Shown one piece after another: positions 48,669 through 61,649 of a stretch of 64,000 nucleotides of DNA. The stretch lies in contig CM059433.1 of NCBI GenBank assembly GCA_030390025.1, positions 3,596,001 to 3,660,000 of the forward strand, read 5' to 3'. Position 1 is the stretch's first letter, and each line of letters opens with the position of its first letter. The notes under the pieces are model-generated. The model ran no database searches. It was not told the DNA's origin and saw nothing but the letters and a program-made list of their open reading frames with translations. This DNA is from Squalus acanthias. Taxonomy: Eukaryota. Both the position numbers and the translations under genes were made by a program.

Positions 48669-50120
48669 TTGTGACCGTAGTAAACTGTTCTTCTTCATCC
48701 TTCTCAACCTGTCTACAGTCTTTGACACAGTTGACCACACCATCCTCCTCTAACACTTCTCCTCCATTGTCTAGCTAAGTAGGCCTGCCCTCATCTCATT
48801 CCATTTTTACCTATCCAGTCATTGCCAGAGAATCACCTGCAATGGCATCCCTTCCCACCTCCGCACAGTTACCTCTGTGATCCTTCAAGGATCTATCCTT
48901 GGTTCTCTCCGATTTCTCATCTACATGCTGACCCTCGGTGACATAACCTGAATGCGTGACATCAGGTTCCACACGTACGCTGATGACATTCATCTCTACC
49001 TCACCACCACCTCTCCTGACCGATTCACAGAAAAACACTGGCACAGAAATTATATCTTTCTGTGCTGACTAAAACCACTCTGCTTAGGAACATAGAAACA
49101 TAGAAAATAGGAGCAGGAGTAGGCCATTCGGCCCTTCGAGCCTGCTCCACCATTCAATATGATCATGGTTGATCCTCTATCTCAATACCATATTCCCGCT
49201 CTCTCCCCATACCCCTTGATGCCTTTTGTGTCTAGAAATCTATCTCTCTCCTTAAATATATTCAGTGCTATCACAAAAAGTTCTCACACTAGCCCTCAAT
49301 TCCACTCCACTCCCCAGCTGCTCACTCAGAATGAATAAGACTATACTCAACTTCAATGTCATAGTTCATCCTAAGCTGAGCTTCAAATCTCATATCCCAG
49401 CAATCACCAGTACAGCCTATGTCTATCTCTCTTCAACATCCCAACTGTCTCAGAGAGCTTCAGCCATATTTGGTCATCACCTGAATTACGCCAATGCTCT
49501 CTTTACCAGCCTCCCAAGTTCCGATCTGTATAAATTACAACTCATCCAAACAACCACTGCCTGCATCCTATCCCATACAAAGTTCCACTCCCCAATCACT
49601 CCTGTCCTTGCCAACCTCCATTGGCACTCTGTTCCCTAACTCGCACCAAACCCCGTTCACCCATCACCCCCTGTGCTCACTGACCTACATTGGCTCCCGG
49701 TACGGCAACGCCTCGATTTTAAAATTCTCATCCTTGTGTTCAAATCCCTCCATGGCCTCACCCCTCCCTAGTTATGTAACCTTCTCCAGGCCTACAACTC
49801 TCCAAAATCTCTGCGTTCCTCCAATTCTGGCCTTTTGCACATCCCAATTTTCATGGCTGCACTATTGGTGGCCGTGTCTTCAGCTGCCTAGACCCTAAGC
49901 TCCAGAATTCCCTCCGTAAACCTCTCTGCCTCTCTACATCTCTCTCCTCCTTTAAGATGCTCCTTAAAACCTACCTCTTTGATAAAACATTTGGTCATCT
50001 GCCTTAATCTCTCCCTACGTGACTCAGTGTCAAATTCTGTCTGATAACGCTCCAGTGAAGCACCTTGGGTGCTTTAACTACCTTAGAGGTGCTATAGAAA
50101 TGCAAGTTGCTGCTGTTGTT
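48669..50120 (+). mobile_element. Older L2 fragments (48669-49022, 49270-50120) including the 3' end, with a CR1 tail (49086-49265, minus) between them
   Basis: FDTVDHTILL and YADD motifs; 3' end GGTGCTATAGAAATGCAAGTTGCTGCTGTTGTTG. Confidence 0.82.
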
Positions 50121-51038
50121 GCATCAAAACCAAAATCCTTGTCCTCATCTGCAAATCCCTCCATGGCCTTATCCTTCCCTAGTCCTGTAGGCTCCCCTAG
50201 CCTTTTATCAACAATGCCTGGCCTCTGCTCTTCCTACTTTGGCCTTTACATGCCCCCATCTCTCTACTCGTTGCCAAACCTTTAGTTGCCTTGGCCCATA
50301 CAAGTCTCCCAAAACCTCTCCACCTTACAACCTCCTTAAACCTTTGACCCTCCCTTTGCTTAACGTCTGACTTGACCTCTGTGACTTGTTTTCTTATATT
50401 AGAAGGCACATTGTTGCCCAAACAAACTAACAAAAAAAATTCTATCCAATCACATTCCAGCTAAAAAAAAAATCTCAGATACAGCCACTATGACTGTTCC
50501 TTACCTCTAAAATTTATCAAAGCCAAATAAACAATTCAGAAGAAATGAATCACAAATTTACCAACAAAAACTTACCATAACTTTCCGATCACTCTTAACA
50601 AATTCCCTGTGCACATCAGGACACACATTGCTGGTGCTCCTGAACATCCCTGATGCTTGCTCCACCCTCCTCGATAAGTCACAGCCCAGCTCATCCAAGA
50701 GAGATCTGACTTCAAGAACAACACGTAAGAATGTGCACAGACACCTCATTAGCGCCTCTCTTAGCTAGTTGTCTTTTGTATCTTAGCGGGGAAAATAATG
50801 TGTCAATAGAATACTCACAAAAACTACAAGTGGTCCAAAGCACCAGGCACAACCACCTGCCACTCCCCCATGCAAAGTAAATAGGATCACATACACCAAA
50901 CTTCTGTTCCCCGAGAGAGAGTAGTGTTTCCTATAACACTGATTTATACAAAAACGTCAGACTCCAAGGAATCTCCACTGTTACTATAACTGATGCATAC
51001 ACTGAGGGGTGGTACCTTTCCATTTGTATGGTGTCTGT

Positions 51039-51511
51039 AAGAAAGAAAGACTTGCATTTATATAGCGCCTTTCACGACCACCGGACGTCTCAAAGCGCTT
51101 TACAACCAATGAAGTACTTTTTGAAGTGGAGTCCCTGTTGTAATGTGGGAAACACGGCAACCAATTTGCACACAGTAAGCTCCCACAAACAGCAATGTGA
51201 TAATGACCCAGTAAATCTGTTTTTTAGTGATGTTGGTTGAGGGATAAATATTGGCCAGGACAGCAGGGATAACTCCCCTAACTCTTCTTCGAAATAGTAC
51301 AGTGGGATCTTTTACATCCACCTGAGAGAGCAGATGGGGCCTCGGTTTAACGTCTCATCCGAAAGACGGCACCTCCAACAGTGCAGCACTCCCTCAGCAC
51401 TGCACTGGAGTGTCAGCCTAGCTTTCTGTGCTCAAGTCCCTGGAGTGGGAACTGTGAACCCACGACCTTCTGACTCAGGTGAGTGTGCTACCCACTGAGC
51501 CACAACTGACA
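51039..51511 (-). mobile_element. Deu-domain SINE, full length
   Basis: Same family as 4490-4964. Confidence 0.9.
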
Positions 51512-53077
51512 AGAGAGACAAGATCATTTCTCCAGGTAACAGAAGTTTGGAGCCAAGAGTCACCTCCAGGTTTCCATGACAGGTGAGGGAAAGAAGAGAG
51601 TGTGAGACAGATAAAAAAATAGTGAAACAGGCTTCCAGAGAAAAAAAGAAGGAAGCTTATAAGAGGCATACAAAGAGGCATTACAGTTAGCAATCTCAGT
51701 CATGCCAATGTGAGGAAACACCAATCAAAAGGTAGATGTTTCTCAAAAGGAATTAAAGTATATTCACTCCTAGATGCTCTAAAACAAATACAAAATTTAT
51801 TAATTCATCAAATGCATAGCTTCCAGTAATGATCTTTGCCCTTTTTGATCAAACATAAATTTATCATTGTGAATATGTTGTCAGACTTGATAATTTATAA
51901 AGTGGATGAAATGAGCAAGCTTTATTTAAATAAACAGAATCTCATTGCAAGTCCATTTAGCACATTTGCCACAATGATTTAGAATATGAGTTGTAAATCC
52001 AACCCAGCCAAACAATATTATAAAACCCCAAAATGGCCCTCATACCCTTTGAAAACACTACTCCTGCGAACAGGAAGCATTTTTGAATGAGTTTGAATTT
52101 TAAGCAAAATAATGTAAATACTTAAATAATGATGTTTTGGAAGAAACCTCTGAAATAGCTCGCATTATTGTGGAAAGAAAACTCTTGAATTGTATATATT
52201 GAAAATTCTTGAAGCAAACCTGCTGAGCTGGCAGCAGAGAACTGAACATTATTTATGGCGTGTTCAGCAGAGTTCGGACCTTCTCCTGAAAGCATCATAA
52301 AGGTAAAAACAATCAATATCACACGGCTTGACACAGCTCCATATTTCAAATGTCACAAATTCACGCGTGACGTGCACACCGTCAGTGCCACTGCAGCCTC
52401 ACATTTAGCTCACTAATAATTTAGTAGCCTGGTTTTAGTACATCCACATCTTGAGCACATAACCTGAAATAAATGTTAGTACTGTGCAGGCAAACACATT
52501 GATCCCTCACTGTAGCATTTCCTTTTCGGTATAAGCATTCAAAAGATCAGCAATTAAAACACTGTACTGCACTCTCAATGACAAACTGCAACACTCCCGG
52601 CCTTAATGACAGGCATATATACTGGATGTTAAGATCTGAGCTGCTCAACATAAAGATGATAATTTACTGCAGTGGCCACAGGTCAGAATCACGTAGAATG
52701 GCCAAACAAACAAGAATTCATTCCTCGTGCCATCGGGTTCCACAGGCCAGAAGCTTCCCACGGGAAGTAGGAAAGCTGGAGGAAGATTGGAAGAGCTTTG
52801 AAGGGAGAGGAAAAAAAGTGCAGCACTAAAGATGAATCCCGTTGCTTGAATGCAGCATACCATTAATTTTATTTAATAGGCTTCACTACCGGCTCAGAAA
52901 TTCGCTTGTGTCAGGCATTGTTTGGGAAAGTTGGCACTCAGTGACATGGGCCTGAATTGCTCTGCCTGCATCGTGCTCCACATGATATTGAAGTCAGCAA
53001 GACGGTTTGCTGCAGGTCAAAGATTTTTATTTCCCTTCCATTTATTATTAAAATCAGATACCGTGCATAAATTTTAC

Positions 53078-53769
53078 GGGGGAAAAATTTGGTTGCTTTG
53101 CGCCTCCGTTAGCGCCCTAAGAGGGCGCTAATGGGGCACAAAGCAACTAGCGCCCAGGCGCGGTGCCGCCAACGCCTCCCGCAAAATTCAGCGGGAGGTT
53201 AGCAGCAGCGGTAACCATTAGCGCCCCGCCGATGACGTCATTGCCGTGCGCAACACCCCGCTCGTGCCCCGGCCACGATCTTCGGTAGCGCCCCCTGACT
53301 TACCGCCGGACGCTATGTCCAACGGGGTCAGGGGGTCTACCTGTGGCCGGGGCGGCGCTAGTTAAAGGCAAGGTGCCGGGCGGCCATTTTTGTTGCTGGC
53401 CGCCTGCCAGCATCTGCCCCCGTTGCTGTCCTCAGCCTCCTCTTCATCCCCCCGCGGAGTGCCGGCTGCGCTCTGTGAGCCCGGCACTTCTCTTGAGTGC
53501 CGGGCTCTTTTGCCGGCACTCCGATCCCTGGTGACCCAGCTGGGCCCCGGGTCGCTCTGCACAAAGCCCCTCCCCTTTAAGAAGGGGAGGAAGGCCTGCA
53601 GTATCGCGGCGCGACGTGCCGCGATATTCCCTCGCAGCGCCCCAAGAGGGAGGTGAGGCACTTCCAGTAGCACCCCGCTTCCCTCATGGGGCGCTACCGA
53701 TGAATTTTGGCTGCAGGAGCGCTAATCTTTTTGGGCCGCTAAAAGGGGGCGCGACTCAATCTTTCCCCC
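53078..53769. mobile_element. Harbinger-type MITE related to family B
   Basis: Termini GGGGGAAAAATTTGG / CAATCTTTCCCCC with a TAC TSD; left ~100 bp matches 38395. Confidence 0.86.
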
Positions 53770-54170
53770 TACGTTTTTCAGCACGACCTCACCTATAAAA
53801 AAAGGGGTGAAGCTGCTCAAGTAGGTGTCCTTAAAGGGACGTTATTGTTCCACAGCTGTGGTTACAAGTTTTTTTTTGCTTTTTGCAATTAAATTTTGCT
53901 GCATTTAGTTTGATACAATAGGGCCCCAAAATTGGGAATCCCGTGGTCTGTCACCCTAAGTGCGGCAGGACAGAATTTCCGCCCCGCCGATGCTGACCTC
54001 GTCGGAAATCCCGGCGTCAGCAAATTTAAATATTGCTGGGCAGGACAAAGGTGTCCTTCTAGCAGTGCCAGTGTGCAACAATTCCAAACCATGGATCAAA
54101 AAGGAATTAGGGAGAAGAGAGCCTGAAACTTCTCACAGACTGATGTAAATATGAATCTGACTGAAATTAT

Positions 54171-54378
54171 GATGCGGAGATGCCGGTGTTGGACTGGGGT
54201 GGACAAAAATGAGAAGTCGCACAACACCAGGTTATAGTCCAACAGTTTTATTTGAAATCACGAGCTTTCGGAGCTGCTGCTCTTTCGTCAGGTGAAGTGA
54301 AGGAATACAGATCGGCAAAGCATATATAGACAGAGAACAATGTGTGGCGTACAATGTCAGACGACTACAGTAAATCTT
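54171..54378 (-). mobile_element. Penelope family 1 3' end with a hammerhead core (54258-54295)
   Basis: Matches 19700-19910; minus strand UCAC-CUGACGA-AA-GAGC-AGCA-GCUC-C-GAAA-GCUC-GUGA. Confidence 0.85.
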
Positions 54379-54379
54379 A

Positions 54380-54900
54380 GAAGGGCGGTAGGAGTGGATG
54401 GCAAGGCCCCCGTCAATGCAGCAGCTAGTATCTTGTGAAAGGGAGTGGCACAGATAGCGAGTGGTAGCTCCCTAACTGCTAGGACCCCCCTTCGATGCAG
54501 GCTGAGGTTAATGACCTCACAAGGTCGGCAAGGGTAAATGTGATGGCTGTAAGTTGCCATTGGTGCAGAGAGTCGTTCTATATTTACCTGAAAAGTGCAT
54601 TCACAAATTTGCATTGTGTACCAAATGATGCGTAGTGGTACCTGCAGGAAGATCCAATTAAATGGATACCGTCTGGTCACTGATGACTCACTGTCTCTAT
54701 GGGAATTCCAACAGAAGGTATGAGAATTCTGAATTGTCAAATTGAACAGTCTGTAAGTGACAATAACAAGCATTCTTTTGTCATATGGGAAAAGATGCCG
54801 TACTATTCTCGAGAATGACAAGCGACAGGAGGAGGGTCAGCAAGAGAGAGAGGCAAAGCCAAGCCTGGGAACTCAATCCACTCCGGCTGCAAGAGATGGA
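54380..54900 (+). pseudogene. Old Harbinger Myb/SANT gene remnant
   Basis: VAQIASGSSLTARTPLRC...NDLTRSAR followed by a GT donor, and later a RE*QATGGG motif. Confidence 0.55.
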
Positions 54901-57506
54901 AACGTGGGAGGGCAGCACCCGCAGATGGTTTGTGCTGACTAAGGGCTGAGGGTCAAAGATGAGAAGTGGTTTTGTATTTTTGAGGCTCGAACTCTGAGGA
55001 GACCCTGACATGAGCCTAACAGGAAAGAAAAAGTGGACTGCAGGAAAGTCGTTGCAATTCTCATTCTTCCTCTATCCACAGAAGCTGGAAGTAAGAAAGA
55101 TGCTGCAAAGAAAAAGTGGGAGATGGAACCATTGCCATAACCTTCGACATCCTGCACTGCCAGTCAAACTCTGTCATAAACCCCATCACTTGCACTTTAC
55201 ATCCCAGATGGGTTGTCTTGGGGAGAGACAGATAGGACCCTCATTGCAATTTTAAGGGACACATGGACGGAATTGTCGACGGCTAGAATAATTCTTTTTA
55301 ATTGATATTTTTGTGGAACCGGGAGGAGCAGGAGTGCTCCTCTTGGCTCCGCTAAAATACTGCCGGCTGCTGCCAGCCCGGTCCTGCCGTGCCTCAACAT
55401 TGTGTTCCCCCCACCCCCCCCAACCCCAGTACCTACCTGTTAGCCTCTGCCGGTATCCCAGCCGTCTGACATTCCTGAGGCCGAAGAGCGCCGAGCTGCA
55501 TCAGGACGCCTTTTTGGCAACCGCAGCTCGTTTGCCGAATTCAAATGAGGCCGGGTCCTCAAAATCGCAGCGGCCTCTTCACTACCGGAAGGGGCAGCTG
55601 CCCCGAAATTCAAAATAGACCCTCGTGTAATTTTAAAAAGTCAGAGACTCAGATAGGCTATCAGGTCCAGCAAAGTCATTTAAGTCTTCAAATAGAATGC
55701 TGTAAATACAAGCTTTGGCTAGGCTCAGATGTTTTGCATACAGGAGAATAGTTAGGACTTATTTTAAGTAAGATGACCCACTGATGTGGAGAAGCATAGC
55801 GTGTTCCTCATTTTGTCTTATTCCGTGACGACAAATTTGTACCGATTGAACCAAGTGAGCCTGATCATAACTATTGCTCTGTATATTTACCCATTGTGAA
55901 ATAAAACAGCTTAACAATTTGCCTCCAGCCTGATCCATATGAAGCGTTTTCTCGGTTCACCTTCAAAGGGCACTTTAGAAACAATTTTACAATGCAACTC
56001 TATTCAGTCACCTACTTTGAGATCTAACGGTTTTATTAGTGTTGTTGACAGGAATTTACTCCAACCAACTAGTATGGTGCAATATTTTTCACTCCATGCA
56101 AATGAGCCCTTTGACTTGTACGGACAAAATTACTAATGCAGATGGTTGGATGCATACAAAATGACTGATAAAAAAACAGATATTTGGAACTTTATAAATG
56201 GTTGCAGAACACAAGATTAAAAAAATCTTTCCTGGGCAGGAAAATGCCTCTATTCCTCCCATGACTTTGCGAAGGAGAACCTCTCCTCTTAGTTACCTAG
56301 AAATGTCAATGATTGTCATGAGACATTAAACGTTCTGCAAGGTTTACAATAGAACATGACAAATCAAAACTATACTATCTGACTACAAAAGGTCACCAAG
56401 AAAGTTGTTGACAAGGCCAGAGAAAATCATTGTGCAGAAAGACCAACTGAGGTGATGACACCGCCTCCTCCTCTGAGGTTAAACTGGAAGCTAGTAATTG
56501 ACAGGGTAATTAGCATCTCACTGATGATAAATACATATTTTCATTGTAAATTTAGACAATTTGCTCTCATTTGCAAGCTGATAATGTACAGTGAAACTTC
56601 ACGAGCTCTCAGTTAATGATGTCCTTCATCATTTGTGTGCCAAGTAAATAATTTAATAATTGCTCTCATCTTCAACAGTGAAGACCCGAAATATCCACAA
56701 GCTAGCCACAAAAAGTGCCCTGTTGGCTTGATGATGCAACAGTCCTTGCTTGCAGAATCCACATCAGTTCTCAAAAATGCATAAAATGAATTCTAAACTT
56801 TACTTTCTGTATTGCTGTAATAAAATCAATTTAAAAAGCACTACACACAGGGAACCAGCCATAGGATTTGGGGGTCCCCAGTGAGATTAGTTATAGGGCC
56901 CTGCTACCTTGCTGGATTTTTTTTAAACCACACACAGTGGTGTATACTATTGAGATCGATTTCACAATCCTGTTGCAGTGGGAACTTCCTGCAATGCTGC
57001 AGCGATCCAAAGGAACGCAGCAGCCACTTAAAGGGAAGTAACCTTAAAGATAAGTGGCTGAATGTCAACACATTTGATCACTTTTCAGTAGATATTTATT
57101 CTTCAGATCATCAGCATCTACCTGACACATGGATTGTTGGTGTGATTGCATTGCCAAGGCCAGCTAGCTTACATTCAACCCCATTTGGATACACACATGG
57201 CTTCTACCACAGCAACTGCTACTCCAACATGTTGGGAATCCAAAAATTCAGATTAGGATTCTCAACCCAGTGGTTGTGGTTTTGTTCTAAAGTAAGAATG
57301 TAATGTACATGCTGATGATCCAACTGCTTGGTGTACTTGTTGGCAGGTACGGCAATATATACTAACACACTAAGGGTCCTACATACATCTGGACCAGCCA
57401 CATAAATACTGTGGCTACAGGAGCAGGTCAGAGGCTGGGTATTCTGCGGCGAGTGTCTCACCTCCTGACTCCCCAAAGCCTTTCCACCATCTAAAAGGCA
57501 CAAGTC

Positions 57507-58165
57507 CATAACATCACCCATCTCCGCCCTTGCTTCAGCTCATCTGCTGCTGAAACCCTCATCCATGCCTTTGTTACCTCTAGACTTGACTATTCCAACG
57601 CACTCCTGGCTGGCCTCCCACATTCCACCCTATGTAAACTTGAGGTCATCCAAAACTCGGCTGCCCGTGTCCTAACTCGCAACAAGTCCCGTTCGCCCAT
57701 CACCCCCTGTGCTCATGACCTACATTGGCTCTCGGTTAAGCAGCGCCTCAATTTCAAAATTCTCATCCTTGTTTTCAAATCTCTCCATTGCCTCGCCCCT
57801 CCCTATCTCTGTAATCTCCTTCAGCCCCACGACCCCCCGAGATATCTGCGCTCCTCTAATTCTGCCCTCTTGAGCATCCCTGATTATAATCGCTCAACCA
57901 TTGGTGGCCGTGCCTTCTGTTGCCTGGGGCCCCAAGCTCTGGAATTCCCTCCCTAAACCTCTCCGCCTCTCTATCTCTCTCTCCTCCTTTAAGACGCTCC
58001 TTAAAACCGACCTCTTTGACCAAGCTTTTGGTCACCTGCCCTAATTTATCCTTATGTGGATCGGTGTCAAATTTTTTTGTCTTAAAATACTCCTGTGAAG
58101 CGCCTTGGGACGTTTTACTACGTTAAAGGGCGCTATATAAATACAAGTTGTTGTTGTTGTTGTTG
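57507..58165 (+). mobile_element. L2 LINE 3' end with (TTG)n tail
   Basis: AETLIHAFVTSRLDYSNALLAGLP...LHWL...FKILILVFK, ending GGCGCTATATAAATACAAGTTGTTGTTG. Confidence 0.93.
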
Positions 58166-60074
58166 AAAATGCAGTTTTCAGCCCTTACTTCCTTTCAAAA
58201 AAAAAATCTTAACATTCAAAAGAAGTCCCAAATGGGATTATTCAGCTCTTAAAGCTGAATTCCTTTCTGAACTTCAATAAATGGGAAAAGTGCTTCAGCA
58301 CTAACACAAATGTTTAGCAAGCCAGGGAAAAGGCACCCAGGGTCTCGCATGCAGCACTTCATCTTTGTGCAGGGGGTCAACACTGCAAGAGAGGTAATCT
58401 ACCCACAGGGGTCAGGAGGTCCTCCAGAAAGAAGGATGTGGGACCACATCACCGAGGCTGTCACTGCCAGCAGTGTTGCCCCGACCCCCTGGTTCCAGTG
58501 CCTAAAGAAGCTTCATGACCTCAGACCACTGGTCAAAGTCAGTGAACGCATCTTCAAAAGCCGTCTCCTAACAACGGCACCAGTAGCTTCACACAATGCT
58601 CAATGCACGACCCCCACCCCAATCATTCACCTACCAACAATCTGCACCAATCAAGAGGCACATCTCCCATTCCTAGACTCACCTCACCCCCTTGGAGGAG
58701 ACGGTGCTGGCCATTCTTGGCAGGGGCATGGCTGAGCCCTTGGCCAGCAGCGGGGCTGAAAGGATACAAGATGTTGATATCCTCATACGTTATCCTCCTT
58801 CTGGCATGCTCCTCTTGCTTTCCTGCCCTCCCCTCATCATAACTCCATCCTTGTGCCTTCCTCATTTCACACATCCAAGAAATTCAGCCTGCCCAGCCAG
58901 TGGGTGACCAAGAAGAGGGAGAGGAGAGTGAAAAGAAGAAGAAGAAGAAGAAGAAGAAGAAGAAGAAGAAGAAGAAGAAACACCGTCGCTCGATTTCACA
59001 CTCCCAGCCACCAGCTCCTCAAGGTCAACCAGCAAGGACATTTGCAGTGTCCCCACTGAAAGTCAACAGCCTTCCACCAGCCATGCTGCAGCCACTGGGG
59101 AAACACTGCATGACATCAGTAGGATAGGCAAAGGCACACACAAGACAGTCACTAAGGGAATGCACAAGGGCGATGAGTTGATTTCTTGATGTCACATTGG
59201 ATGGATAGATGTATAAAGTTGGATTGGAAAGTTTGCTTTGTGGTGGCTTTTATTTCAGCATTGTGGCCAAGTGGACACTGTGATGCTCAGTAACAGAGGG
59301 AAGGTAAGATGTGGGACGAATGTTGAAAGGGAAATTGGGGTTGTGGTAACTGGGACTGCAGGCGGATGATTCCGTCCCAGATATCCCGGCCAGAAAGGGG
59401 CTGTCTGGGATGCATCCTCCTGTCTGCTTCCTCCTCTTCTGCTTCTTCCTCTTCTGTGTCTTCCTTGTCTCTCTGCAAGCGGATGCTGTAAATGTGAAAT
59501 GACAACATAAAATGCTGGAAATACTCAGCAGCTCAGGCAGCATCTCATCCTGAGACATCATGAACTCTGTTTCTCTCTCCACGGATGTTGCCTGACGTTT
59601 TGAGCATTTGCAGCATTTTCTGTCTTCTCAGAGGCCTTCCTTTACCTTCTGAGGCCTTTCAAGCGTCCAGCAGCACTCCCTGACACACTTAAATAACTTT
59701 TTAACATCTATTGCAGCAAGCCACTACTTCAGTAAAATCAAGAAAACCAAGTCCAAAAGCTTAAATCCAAACTGAATGATGTGTGTGTCCCTTTAAGAGG
59801 TGCTGACAGTGCCTGCTTGCCTGCCAGGTTAACCTGGCGTGCTTAGGACCCAGCGCTGAATTCAGCGCCAGGGTCGAAGTTCGGATTGGTGACGTTAAGT
59901 CGGCGTTGTACGCCGATTGACATCATCACGCCGCCATTTTCTTTCTCCAGGGCGCTGCCAGCTACCGGCAGCACAAAGGGAACATCGTAAAAATGAAGGA
60001 CGCTGTGGGACCCATCACTCTTTCGCCATTTTTTGCCGGTAACGGGTGGCTTAAAGCCCCTGAATATTTTGCCC
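58166..60074 (+). mobile_element. Second copy of the Myb-carrying non-autonomous Harbinger element, left end missing; contains (GAA)n at ~58930-58980
   Basis: Colinear with ~24810-27270: WDHITEAVTASSVAPTPWFQCLKKLHDLRPLVK, convergent transposase C-terminus and Penelope-derived inverted repeat; terminus GAATATTTTGCCC. Confidence 0.87.
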
Positions 60075-60119
60075 AATATCTTCAGAACATTGTGGTCACT
60101 CGGCATTTTAAAATATAAA

Positions 60120-60243
60120 TATATAAAGCAAGGGATACGGGGCAAAGGCGGGTAGACGGAGTTAGGTCACAGATCGGCCATGATCTCACTGAATGGCAGA
60201 ACAGGCTCGAGAGGCTGAATGACTTCCTCCTGTTCCTCTGTTG
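60120..60243 (+). mobile_element. CR1 3' UTR remnant
   Basis: AAGGGATACGGGG...CCATGATCTCACTGAATGGCAGAACAGGCTCGAG. Confidence 0.75.
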
Positions 60244-61042
60244 CCTGTGAGTGGATGCCGGGCTGCAGTGTAACTTTGGGGTAGTCTGCATAATGCACAA
60301 AGACATGAAGAATGAAAGGAAGCGTGTACCGTAGCAGAAAATAGCAGAAGCGTTCAGTAACTTGAAATTTAGCGAAATGCAACAAAATAAAAGAGAAAAG
60401 AGTTGCTTTCTCATGGCTTAACATATCATTTAAAACACTTGATTTGATTATGTCCTTGTTGCTCATTGTCCAAGTACTGCTTAGCAGCATTCAGCAAACT
60501 TTTCTGTTATTATTATACCAAAATTTTACTTGAGAAGCGAGAAGGTTCAGCATTGATTCAGGTAACGCCTGTCCAGTATCACGTTGGAGTAAACCTTCCT
60601 GCAGTGGAAATTTGGTTACACATTGTGCTACAAAATATAAATCTTCCAGAGGATGTGGTAATTTGCTTACTCAAAATATTCTCTCCTCCCTCGGATCTCA
60701 AAGTTGCAAATGAGAAATTTCAAACCTGTAGATCTAATTTTAAAAGGAGTGGGAGAGAATTATTCTTCCCCCACTTCCTGAACCAGGAAGTGCTGTATTT
60801 TGTGAAGGCTCAATAGTTTAGATTGATAATAACGGCTTTATTGCGGAGAATACCAAACGCCTACTTGTTGAACACAGCACTAATTAAATGACTACATCTC
60901 TCACATTAAAAAGGCACCATTTAAGTTAAGTTAGATTAATAGCAAACAGAGTTAAGAATAAAGCCTTAAAAAATTACATTGTACTACTCTAGAAATTATC
61001 TTCCAATAGATCAATTAATTATTCATTGCACATCATATCTCT

Positions 61043-61507
61043 AGCTGTGGCTCAGTTGGTAGCACACTCGCCTCTGGGTCAGAAGGTTGTGGGTTCAAGT
61101 CCCTACTACAGAAACTTGAGCACAGAAAGCTAGGCTGACACTCCAGTGCAGTGCTGAGGGAGTGCCGCACTGTCGGAGGTGCCGTCTTTCAGATGAGACA
61201 TTAAACTGAGGTCCCCGTCTGCTCTCTCAGGTGGATGTAAAAGATCCCATGGCACTATTTCGAAGAAGAGCAGGGGAGTTATCCCCTGTGTCCTGGGGCC
61301 AATAATTATTCCTCAATCAACATAACAAAAACAGATTATCTGGTCATTCCACATTGCTGTTTGTGGGAGCTTGCTGTGTGCAAACTGGCTGCTGCGTTTC
61401 CCACATTACAACAGTGACTACACTTCAAAAGTACTTCATTGGCTGTAAAGAGTTTTGTGATGTCTGGTGGTTGTGAAAGGCGCTATAGAAATGCAAGTCT
61501 TTCTTTC
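61043..61507 (+). mobile_element. Deu-domain SINE, full length
   Basis: A box TGGCTCAGTTGG, B box GGTTCAAGTCC, Deu core and TCTTTC tail. Confidence 0.92.
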
Positions 61508-61649
61508 CTACAGACACCATACAAATGGAAAGGTGTAGAATTCGCAATATATCGCGATTTTATAAATAAGGAGAAAACACATAGTTTCGTTCAAACAGCT
61601 TTTATTTCAGCAGAATGCTGTCAGGTTTTCAAAGTGGACACAAGCAGCC

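Noticed and set aside
58853..59127. Poly-Arg, poly-Lys and poly-Ser ORFs
   Set aside because: These are translations of a (GAA)n expansion within the acidic exon of the Myb remnant.
60466..60816. 116-aa ORF, or a short minus-strand exon at ~60671-60725 (AG...GTAAG)
   Set aside because: No recognisable protein motif and no partner exons in the window; it cannot be supported without RNA or homology data.
61043..61115. tRNA gene (also at the heads of the other SINE copies)
   Set aside because: The A/B boxes run straight into the SINE core and tail, and I see no proper acceptor stem.
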